The translations under genes and the position numbers were made by a program. From the IMG/VR virus record IMGVR_UViG_3300023218_000062: a stretch of 64,000 nucleotides of DNA; one strand, written 5' to 3'. Positions 10,425 through 20,670 of this stretch are shown here, one piece after another. Below the pieces are notes generated by a model, which saw nothing but the letters and a program-made list of their open reading frames with translations, was not told the DNA's origin and made no database searches. The first letter of the stretch is position 1, and each line of letters begins with the position of its first letter. The DNA is from a virus. Lineage: Duplodnaviria; Caudoviricetes.

Positions 10425-11624
10425 ATGACAGATAGAAAAGCGACAATTGAAAGAATCGAAAGGATTCGTCCACATCCCAATGCAGATGCATTAGAGTTTG
10501 CTGATGTATTAGGGTATCAATGTATTGTAAGAAAAGGTCAATTTAGTGAAGGTGATCTTGTTGTATATATTCCTGAACAAACTCTTGTTCCTGAATATAT
10601 TTTAAAGAATATGAACTTATGGGATAGAGAAAAGGGTATTGGTAAATTGGCTGGTTCTAAAGGTAATCGTGTCAAGGCTGTTAAACTTCGTGGAGAAACT
10701 AGTTTAGGTTTATTATATCCTATTGTTGATGGTATTTTGTGTAATGAATATGGTATAGAAGAGGCCATGTCTGTAAGTGAAGAAGATATTGGGACAGATG
10801 TTTCTCAATTTTTATATATTGTCAAATGGGAACCTGAGATTCCCACACAGATGAGTGGTGAGGTTTGTAATCTTGCAGGTAAGACTTTGAAGTATGATAT
10901 TGAAAATATCAAGAATCATCCTCAATATGGACATGCATTAGAGGTTTTAGGTATTCAATGTGTTATTACAGAAAAGCTTCATGGCACATGGTGTTGTTTT
11001 GGTGTATGGCCTAATTATTATCATGTTAATGGAGAGCGAGTGCAAAGCCACCCTGTTCACGAAGAAATTCCGTATACTAATTGTATTGTAACTTCAAAGG
11101 GACTTTCTTCAAAGGGGTTAGCTTTCAAGGATAATGAAGCTAATACAAACAATTTGTATATGAAAGCCTTCAAGAAATTTCATGAGCGGTTTGATATTTA
11201 TGAAGTAGCGGAAAGTCTCAAAGAAGATGCGTCAGTAAATAAGCCGATATATATCATTGGCGAAATATATGGAAAAGCTGTTCAAGATTTAGATTATGGG
11301 TTGAATGAAACCAATTTCAGAGTATTTGATGTTTATATAGGCGAACCCGGAAAGGGTAAATATCTTCCATACAAAAACATGCTTAAAGTTATGGAAGGAT
11401 TTGGAATTGAAACTGTTCCAGAGCTTTATCGTGGGCCAATTTTTTATGGCACAATAGGGCAATATACTGATGGAAAGGATTCGATCACAGGAACTCACAT
11501 TCGGGAAGGTGCTGTAATTAAACCTCTTGAATATGAAATTCCTGATACTACTATTGGTCGATTGATTTTAAAATCTATTTCTGATGATTATTTGAACAGA
11601 AAAAATGCAACGGAATATAATTAA
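10425..11624 (+). CDS. RNA ligase, DRB0094 family
   Basis: N-terminal OB-like HPNADALE...GDLVVYIPE, motif I TEKLHGT, GEIYG, FRVFDV, REGAVIK, LKSISDDYL. Confidence 0.9.
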   Translation: MTDRKATIERIERIRPHPNADALEFADVLGYQCIVRKGQFSEGDLVVYIPEQTLVPEYILKNMNLWDREKGIGKLAGSKGNRVKAVKLRGETSLGLLYPIVDGILCNEYGIEEAMSVSEEDIGTDVSQFLYIVKWEPEIPTQMSGEVCNLAGKTLKYDIENIKNHPQYGHALEVLGIQCVITEKLHGTWCCFGVWPNYYHVNGERVQSHPVHEEIPYTNCIVTSKGLSSKGLAFKDNEANTNNLYMKAFKKFHERFDIYEVAESLKEDASVNKPIYIIGEIYGKAVQDLDYGLNETNFRVFDVYIGEPGKGKYLPYKNMLKVMEGFGIETVPELYRGPIFYGTIGQYTDGKDSITGTHIREGAVIKPLEYEIPDTTIGRLILKSISDDYLNRKNATEYN

Positions 11625-11799
11625 AATAATTCATATTCAAGGAAACTATATTAATCTTTGATTCTAAGAATGCAAAAGTCGGATTTCTATTGATTTATTA
11701 TTTTAACGAATTATTTAACTGTTAATGGCTTGAATTGTTTAATGATTTATGTTATTATTATTTAACGGAGAATTATTACAGATGGTTGATACTACACTT

Positions 11800-12377
11800 A
11801 CGGGAGACGTTTATTCGGGTAAATATCCATTTGCGAAGACTCATGGATGCAATGGACACGAGTGCTCTTATGGTTTCAAAACAAATGCAAGGTTTCAAGG
11901 CCGCATTTATTCAGTCGGATGAAGTCACATTTTTACTTACTGATTATGAAACGCATGAAACACAGGGGTGGTTTAATTACAATCATTCAAAACAGGTTTC
12001 ACTAAGTGCAGCATACATGACAGCATATTTCAATCAAATTCTTAAAGAAAGAGATATAGATGGCTGTATTTGACTCTAGGGCTTTCTCAGTTCCTCGTGA
12101 AGACGTTTGTAATGCTTTTCTATGGAGAGCTAGGGATTGGAAAAGAAACAGTCTACAAATGTTTGCTAGGAAGTTCTTTTTACACAAAGAATTACATAAT
12201 AAAAATACTGATGATATTCACGAAATGTTACATTCAATCGGTGAAAATTGGATGAATCTATCTAATCGTATAAAGAATGGATGTTTTATCATCAGAAATG
12301 ATGTTTATCATGATATTAAACCTACCTATGAAAACATTTCTAGGGTTGTTGGAGGTTTAATTTATGAAAACGATTAA
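11800..12377 (+). pseudogene. tRNA(His) guanylyltransferase Thg1-like, N-terminus missing and frameshifted
   Basis: LMDAM, AFIQSDEVTFLL, WFNY..SK.VSLSAA, AVFDSRAF.VP, FLWRARDWKRNSLQM; catalytic N-terminal DG..F motif not found. Confidence 0.75.
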
Positions 12378-12789
12378 TTTTAACAATGAAAGTTTTATTG
12401 TTTATGACGATGATGGACATATTGTTCCCGTAAATGCCAAAAAACTATACGCTAAACATTTCGTATGATTTAAAAGATCCAAATATTTCTAACCGTATAT
12501 CAAATAATGTATAAAGACGATTCACGAAAAGTAAGAATCCTTGAAAAAAAATCGAATACCTATTTGAATCGTATCATTCGAGAAATGAATAAACGTAGAA
12601 ACTTCATTAGACTTGTGTTATAATAGTCAAAATAAATTGAAGTGTATATAAATGATTAAAAATATTATAAAATTCTCCGTAGATCTAGATAACTCAGAAA
12701 TATCTGGCGTTAGGACTGGTATTCTTTTATTCATCATTTTAATTTATGTGTTTTTGCTATCATATTTTTTAATTCTTAGTATACTTTTA

Positions 12790-13345
12790 TTTTTAATATA
12801 TAGGTAAAATAAAAATGTATATTTTAAAATTATTTGTCTCATATGTAATAATAGTCCCCGCTTTAATATCGTTAGGAACAAATCTACAGTACGATCCATT
12901 AACTAAATTTTGGGAACTAGTCCACCCCCCGGTCAGTACTCATTCCAGCTATATCATACGGATGCCGGGATATTACCACCATAGTTTCATGTTTGGATGC
13001 TCGCCTTTTAGGATCATTAACAAATACTTGTTTTAGTTCATCAGGCAACACTTTTCCGATTTTCATGGTTCTACCATCTGATTTCTTTTTAACATAACCC
13101 TTAACATAATCTCCTATTTCAAAATCATTACTATCCAAATAATCTTTAATCCTAGGATTGGGCTCTATAACAATATTATCAGTAGCCGAAATAGGAATGT
13201 ATAACCTATAAGCATTCCTATCCTTCTTATGCGGAGAATTTTTAAATACCTTTTCCAAATATGTCTTATCCCAATTTTTTACAATATCTCTGTATTGAGA
13301 AGGTTTGAGGGCTTCATATAATGAAAGAATGGTTTGAATTCTCAT
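12790..13345 (-). CDS. conserved large-phage protein (ISRHPYDIAGMSTDRGW family), frameshifted at a G-run
   Basis: Motif recognition; MRIQTILSLYE leader; frame change at ~12925. Confidence 0.55.
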
Positions 13346-13434
13346 TAATTATGTATACAGTATTTTATATTTATTAGATACCTTCAAACCATTAAATATT
13401 TCGTTAAGCGTAACACTATCAGCATATATATCAT

Positions 13435-13460
13435 AACCCCTAACGCGTGCGTTAGGGGTT
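13435..13460. repeat. dispersed palindrome family CCCCTAACG-N-CGTTAGGGG, copy 1
   Basis: AACCCCTAACGCGTGCGTTAGGGGTT; sister copies at ~39402 and ~53261. Confidence 0.8.
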
Positions 13461-13876
13461 TTCAATATATTTCAATAACATATACTATTATGTGAACTGT
13501 AAAAATCATATTATATAAATATTATCGTGATATCATTATAATATCATTCTGAAAAACCTATAAACACTATATTATTAATTTTTAAAAACCCTGCATTAAA
13601 GTGTTGTTTTTACTCTATTTTTTATCTATATTAGGAGATCCTTGTAAAACTCTTTTTGGCATGGCCCCTATCGTCAAAAAATTTAAAAAAATTCACTGAG
13701 ACCCTTGTTACCATAACTAATTGTTTTTATTACACTTTTTTTGAAGGGTATTGATTTTGCCCTAGGGGACTAATCAATTTTATAGCTTGGCCCCCTATGT
13801 TTTTGGATGATGGATAGAGTATTTTATATTTTTCAAGTGTAGGAAAGGGTATTGAGGATGGTAATGAGGGTACAAA

Positions 13877-13921
13877 CGAGAATCATTCTCATCACGCTTG
13901 TGAGAATACGAACCATTCTCA
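13877..13921. promoter_or_regulatory. Fur-box-like sites
   Basis: GAGAATCATTCTCA (13878-13891) and TGAGAAT..ATTCTCA (13901-13921) resemble the 7-1-7 Fur consensus. Confidence 0.5.
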
Positions 13922-14033
13922 AGTAGGGTTGGAAATGATAATCGTTCGCATTCAGATTTTTTGCATATTACTTTCATCGTATCATAGTTTCAAAAAATTG
14001 TCAAACATTTTTATCATATACGAACGCTATTGC

Positions 14034-14054
14034 AAATGATAATGATTCTCATTT
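14034..14054. promoter_or_regulatory. Fur box
   Basis: AAATGATAATGATTCTCATTT, near-perfect inverted repeat between divergent promoters. Confidence 0.7.
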
Positions 14055-14115
14055 AGCGTATGGGATATGGTATTTGCTACCATAGCATAGCATACAAAAA
14101 GTGTTAGATCAAGGG

Positions 14116-14153
14116 TTGACAACATCATAAAAATATGATAAAGGTCTTAAGAT
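14116..14153 (+). promoter_or_regulatory. TTGACA-N17-TAAAGG element (plus-strand copy)
   Basis: TTGACA 14116-14121, TAAAGG 14139-14144, then TCT TAAGAT. Confidence 0.7.
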
Positions 14154-14294
14154 ATGGTTTTGTATTTTGTGCCGTTGTATGCTACAATTGGAATATTGGT
14201 AGTCATCGGATTGACTAAATTGTCCCGGTTCGCATTAGGAATCAAGGGTAAGCTCAAGAAGCATATTGATGATTCGCGAGCGCGTTCAAAATAG
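14154..14294 (+). CDS. 46-aa membrane peptide
   Basis: MVLYFVPLYATIGILVVIGLTKLSRFALG...; no SD, possibly leaderless. Confidence 0.45.
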   Translation: MVLYFVPLYATIGILVVIGLTKLSRFALGIKGKLKKHIDDSRARSK

Positions 14295-14303
14295 GGAATA
14301 GAG

Positions 14304-15083
14304 ATGAAAATAATTTCAAAATATTCAGATTATTATGATTCGGCGATGGGGTCAGGTTATGATCCCACGTTGATTTTCAAACGTGAAGGTGCTTTTGATA
14401 AATCTATTGTATCTACTGTAGATTTTGGTAATTCGTATATTACAGTAGAACGGGATGGAGAGTCTTTATTTTTTGAAAAAAAATTGAATCCTGAATATTT
14501 CGGATATGGTTATAGGCCTCGTAATAAAAATGCCAGAAATTTACATAATAACGGACGTATTTTAAAAAATATTTTTGAACAATATTCCAAGAGGAACGTT
14601 AATGTCATTTCTAGTGAAGTTGATGTAATCGGATTTTGTGGTAGATTTTTTGTAATGTATTCGATTAGTTATTTTATGGATTATAGAAGTGAAGTATTTC
14701 GGGTAATTGATAAGAAAAATAGTTTGTTTAAAAAAATGGATAAGAAAGAGCAGGATCGTATTGTGGTAGGTGAGGTAAAGGATTTAATAAGGGGAAATGC
14801 CAATGATATTTTTTTGCATCTTAATTGTCCTATTTTTCATTTGAGGCCAATCAGGTATAGTAATCGGGTAAGAATCACGAGGAATCCGGTCTTGCAAGAT
14901 TTTGGATTTGCTGCTATATTTGATCCATATACTGCTTATCAGGAATTGTCTATGTACATGGGATCGGTGTTTGCGCCGTCTGAGCCTGATATGGTAGATA
15001 TATCTGATAAAGACATGTCTAAGGCCAAGGGATTTGATGATTGGTCTTTCAGAAAATATCCGACAAAGAGGAAGAAGAAATGA
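14304..15083 (+). CDS. conserved phage hypothetical protein
   Basis: MKIIS..SDYYD start and FDPYTAYQELSMYMG...KGFD.WSFRK end, typical of a widespread phage family. Confidence 0.75.
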   Translation: MKIISKYSDYYDSAMGSGYDPTLIFKREGAFDKSIVSTVDFGNSYITVERDGESLFFEKKLNPEYFGYGYRPRNKNARNLHNNGRILKNIFEQYSKRNVNVISSEVDVIGFCGRFFVMYSISYFMDYRSEVFRVIDKKNSLFKKMDKKEQDRIVVGEVKDLIRGNANDIFLHLNCPIFHLRPIRYSNRVRITRNPVLQDFGFAAIFDPYTAYQELSMYMGSVFAPSEPDMVDISDKDMSKAKGFDDWSFRKYPTKRKKK

Positions 15084-15276
15084 TTTACATATTTGGATTT
15101 ATTGCGTTGTTATTGATTGCAGTTACTGTATGGAGTTATGTTAAAATAAGCAAGGATGATCGTTATTCTTATCGTGAAGTTGATGATACTTAGTGTTTAA
15201 CATATTTTTTTTAATTATATATAATAGACGTTTCCCATAGGGAATTATCAACACTTATAACTAAGGATTTTATGAC

Positions 15277-15555
15277 ATGGATATTGTAGGATATAATGTA
15301 TATGAAGCGCCAGATGGATGCTGCGAATCATTTCTTGGTGTCGTGTCTAATTTGAGTGAAGCGTATGATTTAGTTAACAGCGGTAAGGTCGGTCTTGAAG
15401 AAAGTTTATATGAGACTGCTAGGACTGCTGGACATTGTGGTGGTTTGTATGCTCCAGAGAAACAACATGAAGAAAATGAGCCAACAGAATGGTTTGGCCC
15501 TGATGGTTTTCACTGTGCTGTAGCTGTATTTAATGGAGAAATTAAACATGACTGA
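15277..15555 (+). CDS. hypothetical protein
   Basis: 92-aa ORF with AAGGA SD. Confidence 0.65.
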   Translation: MDIVGYNVYEAPDGCCESFLGVVSNLSEAYDLVNSGKVGLEESLYETARTAGHCGGLYAPEKQHEENEPTEWFGPDGFHCAVAVFNGEIKHD

Positions 15556-15805
15556 TATTATAAGTGGCGTAATTGAAGAACGTGGTAATGGCTTGCCTAG
15601 TGTTGATGATTATGCCTATGATAGCTTGACTAATACGGTTTACCGAATTGTCGACATTGGTCGTATTTTTACAGGGCGTGTTGGTCAGGGTAATTTGATG
15701 CATGTAAAGTTAGAAGAATATTATGGTGATCCGACTGATTTGACAGAAGAACAATTTGTTGATATTGTATGGGCTTTACATTTAGATGATGAAATACAAG
15801 AATAG
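15548..15805 (+). CDS. hypothetical protein
   Basis: ORF with GGAG SD before ATG 15548. Confidence 0.65.
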   Translation: MTDIISGVIEERGNGLPSVDDYAYDSLTNTVYRIVDIGRIFTGRVGQGNLMHVKLEEYYGDPTDLTEEQFVDIVWALHLDDEIQE

Positions 15806-15867
15806 TATGTATTGAGAGAAAAAATTGAAAAGAGTGTTGACAAAGAATAAATAAAGCGTTAGGATGG

Positions 15868-16060
15868 TTTCCAAGTTGGATAGTGAGTAATCGAATCAGT
15901 CATTTGCTCCAGAAGGTGAAAGCTTCCAACTTTACAAGATGGCACTGCTTGATCGATAGGTATTCGCAAGTGTTTTGCACTTGGTTTATCTGGATAAGGA
16001 GTTAACCATAATAGGAAAATTATGGGTACGGCGACGAAAGGCGATCAATTTGTAGCAATA
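15868..16060 (+). ncRNA. candidate structured ncRNA
   Basis: TTGACA-17-TAGGAT promoter at ~15837-15865; stems AAGTTGGA/TCCAACTT, CAAGTG/CACTTG, GAAA-capped hairpins; no coding ORF. Confidence 0.45.
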
Positions 16061-16065
16061 ATCTC

Positions 16066-16470
16066 ATGCTGTTATTTACTTTAACCTCAATCTATGGTAT
16101 TCTTACTATCATGAATAATACACACAGTAAACGAAAAACCGAACTTGCAAACGAAGTTAAAACATTCATTACAAATATCACAGGTATGGATGAAAGATTT
16201 GTTTCAAATTATACAAGCAATAATGAAAAATCCTATCCCGGTGATGGATTTTCATTTATAGAGTCAGACACTTATCTTTCCAACAATCGAACCATTAAGA
16301 ATTTAATTAAAAGATTGGATATCTTATTCAATGTATTATGTGAAAATGGATGGGAAGTAGATACCGAAGTAGAAATCTATGATCTTTCTATTCATTTGAC
16401 AAAAGAGCATTGTTTTATTGTATTATCTATTAACCGAAATGGATTGTATGTTTATTTTGAGGAGATTTGA
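16066..16470 (+). CDS. hypothetical protein
   Basis: 134-aa ORF (start may be ATG 16111). Confidence 0.6.
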   Translation: MLLFTLTSIYGILTIMNNTHSKRKTELANEVKTFITNITGMDERFVSNYTSNNEKSYPGDGFSFIESDTYLSNNRTIKNLIKRLDILFNVLCENGWEVDTEVEIYDLSIHLTKEHCFIVLSINRNGLYVYFEEI

Positions 16471-16793
16471 TAGAGTTTTTGTGTATAATAATGATGTTTA
16501 TGAACAGATCCTTGTGCATATTTTTGTTGTTTGGGTGTTTTGAAAGATACACAGGATAAGCCTCAATATAAACCTGAGTGGGGTGAACAACAAGAGATTC
16601 TTAGTTATGATGTACTATCCGAAAATACAAAAATTACGCTGATAAAGATGAATGACGGTGGAATGTCATTTTCAGAAATCGCAGATCATATCGAAAAAAG
16701 AATTTTGCCGCGTCTAAAGTAAAATTAAAGAATCTATTGACAGTTAAGCAAACATCAGATATACTTTATTTCCAACAAATTAGGAGAATTTAA

Positions 16794-17569
16794 TTGCATA
16801 CTGGTTACAAGTCGAAAAACCTGTTGAGCGTAGGTGCAGATGCCAAAACGATCAAAAGTCTTAAAAAGGGTATATTGACTGGTATCTTGTATCTCGCCCC
16901 GAATGACATTAGTGGTTATAATACATGCGCAAATGCTACGGAAGGTTGTAAGAAAGCATGTTTGTATACTTCCGGGCATGGTCGCTTTAATGATGTACAA
17001 AAGGCACGTATTCGTAAGACCAAGTGGTTTTTTGAAGAGCGTGACAGCTTCATGGTACAATTGGTACAGAACGCTGAATCATTGGAGCGTAAAGCCCACC
17101 GTGAAAAATGATACCGGCAATTCGTCTCAACGGCACCAGTGATATTCCGTTTGAAAAAATCCGTGTTGTTCGTCAGGGTGTTAATTATCGTAATATCATG
17201 CGGGCATTTCCGGGAATCCAGTTTTATGATTATACAAAAATTCTGAATAGAAAGATGGCATTGGCTATGCCTAATTATCATTTAACGTATAGCTTGGCCG
17301 AAGATAATGATGCTCAAGCTATCGAAGCCTTGAAGCAAGGTTACAATCTTGCTGTAGTCATGCGACTAAAGCGTAATGATCCGAAGCCTAAAACATGGGG
17401 TGGGTATCCTGTCATTGACGGTGATGAATTTGACGCACGGTTTCTTGATCCTGATGGTGGGCACATTGTAGCGTTGTCCGCAAAGGCTGACGCTATACAA
17501 GATACGTCAGGATTTGTTCGTGACCCTAATACAGGGTTTAATATTTCTATGAATGTAAAGGTAGCTTAA
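16794..17569 (+). CDS. GP88-like phage protein, one homopolymer frameshift at ~17107
   Basis: GILYLAP...C..AT.GCKKACLYTSGHG, IRLNGTSDI, QFYDYTK, NYHLTYS, DGDEFDARFLD. Confidence 0.8.
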
Positions 17570-17734
17570 ACATGATATTTTGAGTAATATCAAATATATG
17601 GTTAAAGAGGATCTCGATATGTTTTCTACTGGTGGTTACACATTGAATCGTTTTGATAGCTACTATGAAGAAATAACAGTGTCTCCAAGTTTCGGGGATG
17701 TCATTTTGGAAACAATGGAAGTAGGTGTTGAACA

Positions 17735-18097
17735 ATGAATATTGTTAAATATAAGGTCACTAGTGAATTCGGAGTACGTGACATCGGTGAAATAATAGAG
17801 GCCATTATGCTTATTGAAGATGAGGATAGCGGAATGGTTTTGTTATACCATCCACGGTCATCAAATGGAGATTGTGCGAGTTTGGAATATGCACGCTATG
17901 ACACAAAAGAAAATTTTTATGTGTCTGTCGATATCGTTAATCCATATATCAATATTGTTTCAGGAAAATCATTGAATAAATTAAAGGCACAATTAGATGA
18001 AATAAACTATAAAAATGTGTATGTAGATAAGAATAACAAAATAAAAAGTACCCGTAATCTTAGTGTTAAGTATTGGCATGGGTTGACTCTTGACTAG
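17735..18097 (+). CDS. hypothetical protein
   Basis: 120-aa ORF. Confidence 0.6.
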   Translation: MNIVKYKVTSEFGVRDIGEIIEAIMLIEDEDSGMVLLYHPRSSNGDCASLEYARYDTKENFYVSVDIVNPYINIVSGKSLNKLKAQLDEINYKNVYVDKNNKIKSTRNLSVKYWHGLTLD

Positions 18098-18216
18098 AAT
18101 GGGGTTCCATGGTACGATGGCGGTTCGTGAATAAGGAAATGAATTAAAAATTTCTATTGCAAATCACTAAATTTTTTGGTAGACTGTTCACTTAACAAAC
18201 ATAGGAGATTTAACAA

Positions 18217-20670
18217 GTGAAGCTCAATATCAGTACCCATAAGGCTACAGGCGTAGGATTTAAAGAAGTTGCAAAATTCAAGATGGATATGAACGCTAAG
18301 GTGGCTCGTGTCTTGTCTGATACTCTTTATAAGGATAAGATTGGTTCTATCATTCGTGAGATTAGCTGCAATGCTTTTGATGCTCACGTTGAAGCCGGGT
18401 GTCCTGAAAAGCCTTTTAAGGTTAAGCTTCCGGATGCTTTTGATCCTACCTTTTCGGTTCGTGATTTTGGTCCGGGGTTAAGCCATGAGGATGTTGAAGG
18501 TATCTATACCACGTACTTTGGTTCTACTAAGGATCAGGCCAATGATGCTGTAGGCGCATTCGGTCTCGGTTCTAAGACTCCGTTTTCATACACTGATTCA
18601 TTCATGGTGACTTCTATTCATAAGGGTGTGAAGCGTGTATATAATGCTTATCTTGAAGAGGGATTACCACAGATTAGCATGTTCAATGAAGGTGAAGAAA
18701 CTGATGAACCTAACGGTCTTGAAGTAACAGTAACTATTGATCCAAAGGATTTCCATGAATTTAAAAATTCTTTGGTAAAGCAGCTTCGTTTCTTTCCGGT
18801 AAAGCCGGAAGCTAACGTAGAATGGCCGACGATTGAAAAGGAAATTGCTAAGATTGATGAGTTCGTGTACTTTCAATCAAATGATGATGTTATGCATGGA
18901 TTCTTTATCAAGCAGGGTCCGGTAGCATATCCAGTAGACTTTGATTTAATACGTGACTATTACACTACTCATATTAGTAAAACCGGAAGTTCTAAGAATC
19001 TGCCATATTATGCTCGAAACCCACAACATGAGGGCGAGCGTTTCATTCAGTTTCTTGAATCGTTCAACCGTAGAACATGCGGTAGGTTTAATATTTATGG
19101 TGCATATATGGATATGCCTATTGGTACCGTAGAAGTTACGGCCAGTCGTGAAGGTATCTCGTACACTCAAGAAACGATGCATAATATTTGCGTTGCACTA
19201 GATAATGTTAGGAATAAAATGTTTGGTTCTATCAAGCATAAACTCGATGATGCTTTTGCTACTTCAAAAGGTGAGTTTTACAATTTGTATAATGATTTGC
19301 CGGAGTTCATGGTATCGCTTCTGCCGAGGGAACGATTCAATCAAAAGTACAATCCGTTTTATATTAATAGGAACAATTTGTTAAATTTGAAACTTCCTAG
19401 AAAATTTAAGGAATTGGAAGTATCTGATTATTCTTGTATCAATGGTAAGCCTAAGAAAGAATCACACTATTCATGGTCTAATTCAAATAGGGCCAATGGC
19501 ACTCCTGACTATGAAAATTCCCCATTTGCGTTTAATGTGTTGAATCGCATTCTCGGGAATAATCCTGTTTATTACAAGGATGAAAATTATGCGTATGTTA
19601 CAAGAACGTTCAATGATGTCGAGTCTGGTAGAAAATTTGTAATTATTGATTTGCCGAAGGATAAGTATAATAGCTTCATTAAGTTTCTAGATGGTGCTGC
19701 GGGAGATATTACAAAAATATCTAGCCTTCCTATGCCGTCACGTAATACCAAGTCTACTGGTCATAGTATTACTGGTGGTAAGAGGCGTTCTTGGTTCTGG
19801 CTGAACAGTCAAATTTTTAATAATAGTAGTAATACATTGTATAGTTACGGTTGCGATCAAGAATTTGAAGAAACCGTCGAAGATTATAATGGTAAGACTC
19901 TTGTATGTTTCAATACGTACAACAATAAGATTGGTGATACTGGATTGCCATTTGAAATTCTACATTTGATATTTAATTATGTTGCAATTAAAAAGTCTGA
20001 TGATTATGCATGTATCGGTATTTCAGAAAAAGATATGAAACGTGCATTGAAAAAGAATCCAAACAATTTTGTATCTGTTAAGGATTACTTTGAAACTCAC
20101 AAGGATGAAATCATTAAGACCGCCCGAAGCAGTATTAATGATGCTATTGTTGAAGCGTATGAAAATAGAATACATATGCACTTCAACATGAACAGAATGA
20201 TGTTTAACATTCTTGAAAGTATCAAGATTGAACGGGACATTACACTGGTTGGGTTGGATGATGTTTTTGTATCGAAAGCTGAATATGAAAAAAATAATTC
20301 AGGTAAAGAAAAGTCAAATTTTCTAGGCTCGATGCACCCGGAAAGGTTTAAGAATGTAATGGCATATTTGGGTACGCATGATGTTTTGAATCTTCAACAG
20401 AATGTTCAAAACATCCTAAATTCTGCCACTTCAATGGAACAGCTTGAAAAGGAATTAAAGGGTTTGAATATCCCTATTCTTTCTATGGTGGAGAATCATA
20501 AGATAATTGTAAAAATGCTCAAGAATCCAGCTAATAGAAAGACTTTTCTAAATCTGTTTGTTGAAGGTAGAATTGGGAATCATTGCAAAATTATTGATTG
20601 TTTCAATTCTGATACTATTCTGATTGATCCGGTCAGGATTGCAAAGGAAATTATTGATGAAATTGCTTGA
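18217..20670 (+). CDS. rIIA: rIIA lysis inhibition/membrane integrity protein
   Basis: GHKL-type N-terminus: LSDTLYKDKIGSIIREISCNAFDAH, VRDFGPGLS, YFGSTK, GAFGLGSK.PFSYTDSF; followed by rIIB. Confidence 0.93.
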   Translation: MKLNISTHKATGVGFKEVAKFKMDMNAKVARVLSDTLYKDKIGSIIREISCNAFDAHVEAGCPEKPFKVKLPDAFDPTFSVRDFGPGLSHEDVEGIYTTYFGSTKDQANDAVGAFGLGSKTPFSYTDSFMVTSIHKGVKRVYNAYLEEGLPQISMFNEGEETDEPNGLEVTVTIDPKDFHEFKNSLVKQLRFFPVKPEANVEWPTIEKEIAKIDEFVYFQSNDDVMHGFFIKQGPVAYPVDFDLIRDYYTTHISKTGSSKNLPYYARNPQHEGERFIQFLESFNRRTCGRFNIYGAYMDMPIGTVEVTASREGISYTQETMHNICVALDNVRNKMFGSIKHKLDDAFATSKGEFYNLYNDLPEFMVSLLPRERFNQKYNPFYINRNNLLNLKLPRKFKELEVSDYSCINGKPKKESHYSWSNSNRANGTPDYENSPFAFNVLNRILGNNPVYYKDENYAYVTRTFNDVESGRKFVIIDLPKDKYNSFIKFLDGAAGDITKISSLPMPSRNTKSTGHSITGGKRRSWFWLNSQIFNNSSNTLYSYGCDQEFEETVEDYNGKTLVCFNTYNNKIGDTGLPFEILHLIFNYVAIKKSDDYACIGISEKDMKRALKKNPNNFVSVKDYFETHKDEIIKTARSSINDAIVEAYENRIHMHFNMNRMMFNILESIKIERDITLVGLDDVFVSKAEYEKNNSGKEKSNFLGSMHPERFKNVMAYLGTHDVLNLQQNVQNILNSATSMEQLEKELKGLNIPILSMVENHKIIVKMLKNPANRKTFLNLFVEGRIGNHCKIIDCFNSDTILIDPVRIAKEIIDEIA

